Positions 56,301 to 64,000 of a stretch of 64,000 bases of DNA are shown here, one piece after another. Source of the stretch: Diadema antillarum (lineage: Eukaryota); assembly GCF_040938485.1 (NCBI RefSeq), contig NW_027271294.1, forward strand, positions 558,001-622,000, written 5' to 3'. The stretch's first letter is position 1. Each line of letters opens with the position of its first letter. The notes below the pieces were generated by a model. The model was given only the letters and a program-made list of their open reading frames with translations. It searched no databases and was not told the origin of the DNA. The position numbers were made by a program, and so were the translations under genes.

Positions 56301-57694
56301 GATTAACTTTAACCCAGTTTAAGGCTATCAATCCCTGGCAAAGGAATGTTCCCACACTTTACATAATGTCACTAGACTGCACAGCTTAGTTCGTTGGTGT
56401 GGTCTACAGATAAATGTACCTGTGATAGGACTCATCATGACTGTGCTGCTCCCGAACAGCTTCAGCGGCAGACACGTTCTGGTGGCCCACGACTGCCGCT
56501 ATCCCCTCCTGGACACCAGCAGCGAGGGGCTGTGAGATGAGTTAAAGAGGAATTTTAGCTGACATATCTATAAGTCAAAATGAATCATCACTCTAAGTAC
56601 AGCTGTAGAGGTTTGCATTGATAAAGTAAGAATCAACAGAATAGAAGAAGTCTCATTAATACAATACCTGGACATAGAGTAATGGAAGTTGTGGAATTTC
56701 AAAGTTTGACATGTTTTCATACACAAGATAATGGTCACAATCACATACAACTGTATATGCATTGTGTGTACATTAGATAAGATGATGATGTCATCATATC
56801 AAAATTCATAAATGGTTCAAGGCACAAACATTCCCTAAATTTCATGTTATGAAGAGAAACTAAGGAGGAAAATAACAAGAATGCAGAGGTAACCCATGAT
56901 AATACTCATAACAATCTACTGTAGAGTGACCCCAGTGCAAGATCTCTTGCAAGGGATGGGTTATAATTGTTTAATACCCTTTATAGTTCCAAAATTATGA
57001 AAAACATGATTTTTTTGATAAAACTTTGTAAACTAAAATCAGTGCTACTGGCGTGAGATGATAGCATCATTGACTCATCTGATACACTTTTTGAATGCAA
57101 GTGTGCATGTGACTAATGTGTCTATTTAAAGGAAACCAAAACCCAAAGAGAATTGTGAATTGAGTGAAAGCAGCAACATCAGTAGAACACATATCAGTAA
57201 AAGTTTGAGGAAAATCAGACAATCGATGCAAAAGTTATGAATTTTTAAAGTTTTGGTGTTGGAACTGCTGGAGGAGGAGACTACTGCAGGTATAGGCGTC
57301 ACACTTGCTGAATTTCAAACAATTATTTTATAACATTTTCAGCAACAAAGAAATGGATATCGAGACTTGGGAGGGGACATCAGTGCCCATAACTTTTGAA
57401 CAAAGTATGATATTAGACTGATGACACTATTCCAGACTATCCATGTACATCAAAGTTATGCTTGAATGATCTGGTGTTCCCCCCTCATTCAAGCCTCCAG
57501 GTCTGGCGTTGTGTCAGGGATTGATTGTGTAGTATATTGTTACCACTTCTTTCCACATGTACACATGTACTTGATTTTGAATTGAAGCTTACTCTGTGCA
57601 CAGAGGATGATGTCCATATATTATTGGTTGGCTGAAAGCGCCCATGTTGACAGAGACGCTGACTAAAAACTCCAGCTAGTCTGGCAAAGGCCAT
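47381..57694 (-). CDS. LDHD: Mitochondrial FAD-dependent D-lactate dehydrogenase, 493 aa, 12 coding exons
   Basis: Exons (minus) 57694-57593, 56529-56420, 56074-55933, 54975-54834, 54074-53915, 53097-52992, 51974-51881, 50740-50612, 49744-49617, 48865-48775, 48342-48231, 47546-47381; all GT-AG, 1482 nt in frame; Kozak ACCACCATGG; motifs [74 protein letters not shown]; Arg/Ser-rich, acid-free N-terminus fits a mitochondrial presequence. Confidence 0.97.
47674..47854. mobile_element. Tigger/pogo-like MITE, reverse-orientation relative of 38308-38495 (LDHD last intron)
   Basis: Shared GTTATAAC repeats and AAAAATTCAGGCC(A/G)CAACATTATC body. Confidence 0.7.
49120..49204. mobile_element. 85-bp piggyBac-like mini-MITE (LDHD intron)
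   Basis: TTAA flanks, TIR CCCGTTGAGGAC / GTCCTCAACGGA; same family as 39036-39120. Confidence 0.85.
51622..51862. mobile_element. TA-flanked MITE ending 18 nt from an LDHD splice donor
   Basis: TIR C(T/C)GTATAC(A/G)CCA(T/A)ATATT, TA TSD. Confidence 0.75.
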
Positions 57695-57912
57695 GGTGGT
57701 CAGCTGCATATCATGATAAGAGACAGAGACAGGGGATCAACACTCCAGTTGAGACAGAAGAGATGCTTAAAATGGCTAGATATTTCCTCGAATAATTCAG
57801 TTGATCTTTAAACAACAAATTAAGTTTAGTCCATAGTTATGTGCCTATGTGATCTCTTCACCTTGTGGAATACTCTTTTCAGGCCCATACAAACCTCTCC
57901 CTTGATCTTTAA

Positions 57913-58485
57913 AGGACAAGTGCACCTTCGTATGTACATAAGGACTGAGAGAATGCAGCAATATAGAACACATCAGTGAAAGTTTGAGGAAAACCGGACG
58001 ATCTGTTCGAAAGTTATGAATTTTTGACGTGTCAATTGATGCCACCATCAGTACTGGATGAGAAGACTACTACAACTTGTGATGTTAAATGCGTAGAATG
58101 GTAAAGAAAACATAAAGAAAAATTCAACATATTTTCACTTTTCTCACATAAAATAAGAGCACTTGCCTCTTTCAGAAGGTGGGGGGATAATATTTAAAAC
58201 CCTTAAGTTAACATTATGTCATTAGCAAGTTGAGGGAATGTGCACTTTTTTCTAAATATGAAATTTTGTGGAATTCTCTTTACATTTTCTTTATATGGTT
58301 CTACGCATGTGACAATCTACACTGCAGTTAGTCTTCTCATCCAGCAGGGTGTACGGTGCAGAAACTTTAAAAATTCATAACTTTTGAATGCACTGTCGGA
58401 TTCTCCTCAAACTTTCACTGGTGTGTTCTACTATTGAAATATTGCTACAGTCTCTCAATCCACATGTATGAGGTGAACTTGTCCT
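57913..58485. mobile_element. Kolobok-like long-TIR non-autonomous element (TTAA|AGG..CCT|TTCA); partial relatives at ~57130-57290 and ~30780-30895
   Basis: AGGACAAGT(G/T)CACCT ends, ~190-bp inverted arms containing GAACACATCAGTGAAAGTTTGAGGA(A/G)AA; left TTAA, degenerate right TTCA. Superfamily inferred from TTAA plus RR termini. Confidence 0.7.
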
Positions 58486-58699
58486 TTCACACATTTATTG
58501 TGTGTGATGTCATTCATAAGATATGGTAAATTTTATTTCAATTCATGCACATGCAGTCTCATTGCACTTCTTTTGACGTTCCAAACAAAGTCTACAATGC
58601 TGTGGCAGAGCTGGTGACAATCTAATGTGCTCAAAAGGAAATGAGAAACAGCACCTCACACACTGCTATAATGATATATACAGCTCTAGTGTGGTAATA

Positions 58700-58760
58700 A
58701 CTATACACAGCCCAGTTGCTGTAAAAAGCGACATTTTACAGCGACTGGGCTGTGTATAGT
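58700..58760. repeat. 61-bp TA-flanked near-perfect hairpin (micro-MITE)
   Basis: AACTATACACAGCCCAGTTGCTGTAAAA-AGCGACA-TTTTACAGCGACTGGGCTGTGTATAGTT, one mismatch in 28 bp. Confidence 0.9.
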
Positions 58761-59263
58761 TAGTGAGGTAACAGCTTCAACTTCATTTTTAGTTCAATCA
58801 GTAACCTTGACACTAATAAACTATACATGTATAAACATTGAATAATTTAATATACTACTAAATTGTCAGTTATTTTCTCAATGACTACAGATATCTACTA
58901 GCTATAGACCCTAGAGCCCGGCTATAAAGTAAACTTGACAACCCTGTTTGCGACAGGCTTTGTACAGGGTGCCTATACAATTTGCGGCAGGGGCCCTTTA
59001 ATTCATTCATTGATGAAAGGACCTAATCAGCTGTCACTTCCCATAGCTTAATATCAAGACATAACATTTGCAAGTAACTCCTGCTTGTATTCTAAAGTGG
59101 AACTATTAAAGTCTATTAGCACAAATGACATTCATTAGCTGTTAATACTGATGAACGGAACTGCCCCTGCTACAAATAACGGTAAGCACCCTGACGCAAA
59201 CTGGAGAATTTGCTCTAGTAGTAGGTGACTGCCTATTTAAACCGTTAACTGTTATCATGCAGA

Positions 59264-59670
59264 CAGGGATGCCAAGTTCAAAAAAAATTTATGAGTGAGA
59301 TTTTCATGACTCGGCATCTTGGCATGCGAATGTGTGTGCGAGAGAGGGTGTGGGAGGGGTTTTTCCCCCCTGTGGCCTCCCAAGGCAGGGAGCTTTTTCG
59401 ATTTTTAGCTCTTAGTCTTACTGGTGCGATCAGGTGCATACTTAAGTGATTATTTTTTACTTATTTTGAAAGACAAAAGGAAAATATACCTTCAATTGCA
59501 ACTATCACTTTAATCTTTTGAGCTATAGACTATGCTCATTACCGGGTACTATTAGGCCCAAGTTGCAGACTTCGCCCGATGCGTGAGAAAAACGATGCCA
59601 TGCGTGAGATCACGAGATGGCCCCTAAATGCTTGAGTCTCACGCAGAATGCGTAAGACTTGGTAGCTCTG
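59264..59670. mobile_element. CAG-ended MITE with 6-bp TSD (hAT6-like)
   Basis: TIR CAGGGATGCCAAGT / ACTTGGTAGCTCTG; TGCAGA at 59258-59263 and 59671-59676; subterminal TGAGA repeats. Confidence 0.8.
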
Positions 59671-59998
59671 TGCAGATAAATGAATTTTCACTGTGCTGTT
59701 GATCTATTTTCAACTTGATCTCTTATTGCATTATTTTTATTTTAGCACGATAAGATTATAGATTTACTATAGAGAGTATTATGTCTACGACAACCTCATC
59801 CCCTCTCACCCTCACAAAGCAAAAAAAAAAAGGAAAAAGATAAGCAGTGATCTTATATTACTTGACAGTTTAGTTATAAGAATTGAAGGAGCCGAAGATT
59901 ATAATAATCAGAAATAACTTTTTTGTAGATCTGGATAAAGATTATCAAAACCAAGGGAAATGTATGAATATAGAACGCTCTTTGAGTCTTAGTCTTAC

Positions 59999-60450
59999 CT
60001 CATTATCCAAGTGTCAACACAGAGTATAGACAGCGTACCAATAAGTGAACAGATGGGATCTCTAGCCTGCGTAACTGCCCGAGGCTCTAACCACGCTAAC
60101 GTTAGTCGAATTGTGACCGGTCAGCCGGTGGCTGTGCAGAGCAGCGCGTAGCCCGAGACTAGACGACCTGCTTGGGCTGGTGACCGCGGCCGGCGCGGCT
60201 GGGGAGAAAATGTGGACGTTCCCGATGGAAAGGAGATGTTATTGCGACAACCCGTCTCGTTTGTCAGGCAAAAGGTTGAACTGGTGATCCAAGGACAAGG
60301 CCAACGGAATGGAAAGTTATCTATCTCCGTGGTCAGGAAATTGATCGCTATCCCGGCCGCCAAGCTACGGTCACAGGGCAAAGATTATAATTCAGTATCA
60401 CTATCAACTTTGTGATCGAGGGGCGGACACCGCAGCTCTGCTCACGGCTA
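59999..60450 (-). promoter_or_regulatory. Putative LDHD CpG-rich promoter and non-coding exon 1
   Basis: CpG-rich block; strong minus-strand donor GAG|GTAAGA at 59999/59998; acceptor at 57704 precedes the ATG exon. Inferred. Confidence 0.6.
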
Positions 60451-60968
60451 TCCTAGCTGCGCTGCTGTGTTGATCGTGGATATTGTTGTTGTTGTTGTTG
60501 TTCTGGTTTAAATGGTGTGTGTACAAAGATGTTGTTGTTGTTGTTGTTCGCTAGAGGACAGCTAACCTTTTGCCAAGGCCCTCTCGCTATATGGTGGTGA
60601 GCAAAAAAAAGAGGTACATGGAGAGGGCCTGTCAAAAGGCTATATAAAACAGCTAGCTCCTGAGGCTACTGAAGTTAGTTTAGTGGAAAATCCTCTAAAC
60701 ACAAACACACAACAACAACAACAAGAGTAACAGCAACAGAAGCTTGTGTAGTCGGATACAGTTACTGATACAGCTGCAGCTGTAACGCATCACGGATCAT
60801 GTAGTGGGGGATTTGAATGCGTGACCTTGTAGGCCTATCATTCATGAGTAGGCCCATCTATCCATGTGCTGTAACTGTAGGCCCTATTTGGTGTATACAT
60901 GGATAATGTTACAGTTGTATTCGGCTTTTATTGAGCATTGATACCCATGTCTGTCTGCCTTTCAGCTA

Positions 60969-62190
60969 CTAGGTGTTTCAAAAAACATTTCCCACTTTTG
61001 ATCATTAATAGTGCAAAACATATTCATCCGATAAAACTGTCATTAATATGAGTAATAGCTGAATAGTGTACAATTTTGTTGAAGGTAATTTGAATGTGAA
61101 AGCATAAATCAGTTTCATTAGATCTAAGATTGATTTTGAAGTAAGGTTTCAGATTTTGGTCAAATTTTAACCCTCTGTACAAAAATTGAACTTTGCACAA
61201 GAACCAATGATGTGTATGTGAGTGTGTGCTGACAATGGCCATGAACAATGGACATGCCTGAACCACCTGTTGACTAGGCGTCAGTCTCGCGCTCCCTGGC
61301 ACATGAATGCTTAATCAATAAATCATGTGGATTGCCCTGGGCACTGCTAGTCTGAATTCATGCACGGTAAAGGGTAAAATGTATGCACATGGAAAAAGTA
61401 AGCACATGTTTCCATGTGCTTGCAAACACCACATTTCATTCCAGCTGGCAATCATTTTCAAATTTTGCTTCACATATCACTAAATTTGGGATATAAATAA
61501 GCATAAATGATCTAAAGTTCCTCATTTTAATACAATTGTCTACTAATTAGATAGTTGACAAATTTTTCGCTTTTTTTGATAAAAAGATATTATTTTTGGT
61601 AAAGAGTTCAGCAGCATTTATCATTGGGGCGATTTGTTTCACAGTAGATTTATTTAAGGCTCCATATACACAAGTGTATAGTCCAATTGATTTCTTTGCT
61701 TCGTGTCACCATGTTTACGATAGAACAGAAGGTATTCATTGTAATTTCGTTTTTCAGAAGTAAGGAGAGCACTGTCGCGACTCAACGACAGTATTGGCAG
61801 GCGTTTGACTTTACACAGATACTGCTAGAGGCTGAATAAAGACTAGTTGTGATAGTGGAATTTCTCATGAATAAATAATGAAGCATTCAAAGCCTGGCCA
61901 TTGTTCAGGACCATTGTCAGGGTGTTAACCACACACTCCCATAAACACCCATTGACCCCTGTGCAAAGTGAAATTTTGTACAGAGGGTTGAAAATAGAGC
62001 AAAATCTGGAACCTAAACTGTGAAATTAATCATGAATTTCATGAAACTGATTCATGCTTTCATATTTAAACCACCTCCAACCAAACTGTACACTATTCAG
62101 CTATCACTCATATCAATGACAGTGTTATCTGATAAATAGTTTTTGAATTATTAAGAATCAAAAGTGGGAAATGTTTTTTGAAACACCTAG
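60969..62190. mobile_element. Tc1/mariner-like non-autonomous element with ~235-bp TIRs (1222 bp)
   Basis: TA|CTAGGTGTTTCAAAAAACATTTCCCACTTTTGAT .. ATCAAAAGTGGGAAATGTTTTTTGAAACACCTAG|TA; arms ~60969-61201 and ~61960-62190; no transposase ORF. Confidence 0.9.
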
Positions 62191-62198
62191 TACTTAGT

Positions 62199-62503
62199 CA
62201 GAGACTCCAACTCTCCCGTTTTCGACGGGAGATCTCCCGCCGAAATCCCATTTTTGCAAAATCTCCCGTTCTCCCGCTTGAGATTTAATTTCTCCCGCCC
62301 TGGCTCTGTGTCTCCCGCTTGAAATGATTTCTTACTTAATATCATTGTATGTTGAAAAAATTAGCCTTAGATAGCACAAGAGAGCATCTAGAACCCTAGA
62401 GCAAGGAACTTCGCACATATCAAATTGGAGTCTCCCGCCATTTGCTAGGGGTTTCAGGCGGGAGAATCTCCCGATCAGAAGGTGCTTAGGGTTGGAGTCT
62501 CTG
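62199..62503. mobile_element. CAG-ended MITE with perfect 13-bp TIR and 6-bp TSD (hAT6-like)
   Basis: CAGAGACTCCAAC / GTTGGAGTCTCTG; CTTAGT at 62193-62198 and 62504-62509; many internal TCTCCCG motifs. Confidence 0.9.
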
Positions 62504-63859
62504 CTTAGTTCTTAGACTTTTGTTTTCCCAAATCACAAATAGGGGGGGGGGGGGGGTTATACGATACTGGTATACTGAGTAGTTGGTATGCAACTTTATT
62601 TACTACTTACTATTCATATAAATGATAATAACAATCGTAAGAATGGAATAGATAAGTAGGCCTACTACGTTGTACTAGGCCCTGTATTATGATAATTATA
62701 AGTGTTTCAAATAAAATTGCGATAGTAATGAAATGATTGAAGCCAAAAGTACTCTATAAATTGGCAAAACTCTACTGAAACTCAGCAATTCATTGATGCA
62801 AGCCTGACAACATATTGAAAACATATAATTCGGCCATATCTTAATTCTTATTCTCTCTTAAAGCATATGTATTGTATAATGTGACTCTCCTCTCTCAGAA
62901 AGCAGGATGGATTGTTCAGTAATCATAAGTAACAATAAAGTCGAAAGAATGTCTTATTACACTTAGGCCTAAATGAAATTGAATTTTGTACAATTATCTC
63001 TACTTTGGAATGGAACTCTCTTCATATCATTGTCCTATCCACTGTGATAAACAAATTTCTTATCACCGGATTTATTAAACCACAACATTAATAATTCATA
63101 ACTTTTAAACACAGTGAGATCTAACATGCAATTCCTTATGCCACTTCTGAGTTTTAAGCAAAAAGAAAAAAAAAAGGCTTCAGAGCAATTTTCTTGTACC
63201 ACCACAATCGAAAATTAAAGGTATGCACTCCTTTCATTTTCTTTTCTTTTCTTTTGTTTTGAGAAAAATTAAAGGGCCGGGCGCCCCTCAGCCCCCGCGA
63301 TCCGCCACTGACATTCACAATTGTACGTTTTTTTTAAATACTCAATTTTGATTTGCTTTTTGTCCAGTGTAGTGTGTTCATCTATCTAGATATCTTGACA
63401 CAAAAGATGATAGGCCGCACATCCAAACAGCGGCGCCTGCGCGGCGCTACATCTTCTTTGCTTGACACCACCGGCCCAGGCCCACCATATCGTATGATTG
63501 TAGCTGGAACTGAAACGTAGACTACTACAGCAGGTGTATTGCCAATTTAACTTTATAAGAAAGATCACAAAGAGTCAGATATAGGAGTACAAATATTCTG
63601 ACCGCACTTATGCATGAGTATAATAGCTTTTTATTCCTTTTCGGGATTTTTTTTTTTTTTTTGGTTTTTATTTCAGTCTACTTAGGTAATTCTTCTTAGA
63701 CCCCGCAAAAATCTCACATCCAAATTGGCAACACTGTCGCGGGTTCGTTTGTTTATCGCAAAGGATTCTTCGCTAGCTATACAGAAGTACGAGCTTTCGT
63801 CCAAATCTCTAAATATCTACGTAATCAAACGCATTTTTCTTGTTAATACTTCAGAATAG

Positions 63860-64000
<141 letters not shown>

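Noticed and set aside
57695-57709. Upstream ATG (MQLTT) as LDHD start
   Set aside because: That ATG overlaps the acceptor (ATGCAG|) and is intronic; the downstream ATG has an ACCACCATGG context.
58965-59193. CAGGGTG-ended element as another short-TSD case
   Set aside because: TIR-like ends are present but the flanks (GCTTTGTA / ACGCAAAC) show no duplication, so it was not counted.
60121-60381. Minus-strand ORF with GIAINFLT resembling a DEAD-box helicase C-terminus
   Set aside because: No preceding HRxGRxGR motif and no other helicase exons; lies in the CpG-rich LDHD 5' region, so most likely a chance match.
63531-63736. CAGTGTTGCCAA-type MITE in the SNRPD3 upstream region
   Set aside because: Right end is clear but the left end is degenerate and there is no TSD; the same CAG|GTGTAT could instead be a UTR splice donor. 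Unresolved.

Overview
AT-rich, intron- and repeat-rich animal genomic DNA, most likely an invertebrate deuterostome such as a sea urchin (inferred from gene and repeat style, not proven). Five spliced protein-coding genes were rebuilt by hand from GT-AG junctions and reading-frame continuity: the 3' part of a theta-class GST (+, 742-3372), CENPV/GFA-domain gene (+, 12272-16848, 142 aa), PIGL (-, 34853-41560, 297 aa), LDHD (-, 47381-57694, 493 aa) and the start of SNRPD3/SmD3 (+, from 63869). Introns and intergenic DNA hold many MITEs, foldback elements, SINEs and LINE fragments. A nested TE cluster at about 24.4-32.4 kb includes a decayed DDE transposase gene and a Harbinger-type element carrying only a Myb/SANT gene. 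Most notable: CAG-ended elements with exact 5-bp and 6-bp (non-8-bp) target-site duplications; a foldback element whose two arms each carry an outward-facing tRNA-like Pol III unit; a spacer-less 153-bp palindrome with a 9-bp TSD in PIGL intron 1; compensating frameshifts that hide a catalytic Asp of the transposase; a possible junction-spanning uORF in LDHD; and a convergent CENPV-PIGL pair matching the human 17p11.2 arrangement. No rRNA, bona fide tRNA gene or CRISPR array is supported. All coordinates were counted by eye; repeat boundaries without a TSD are approximate. No database searches were run.
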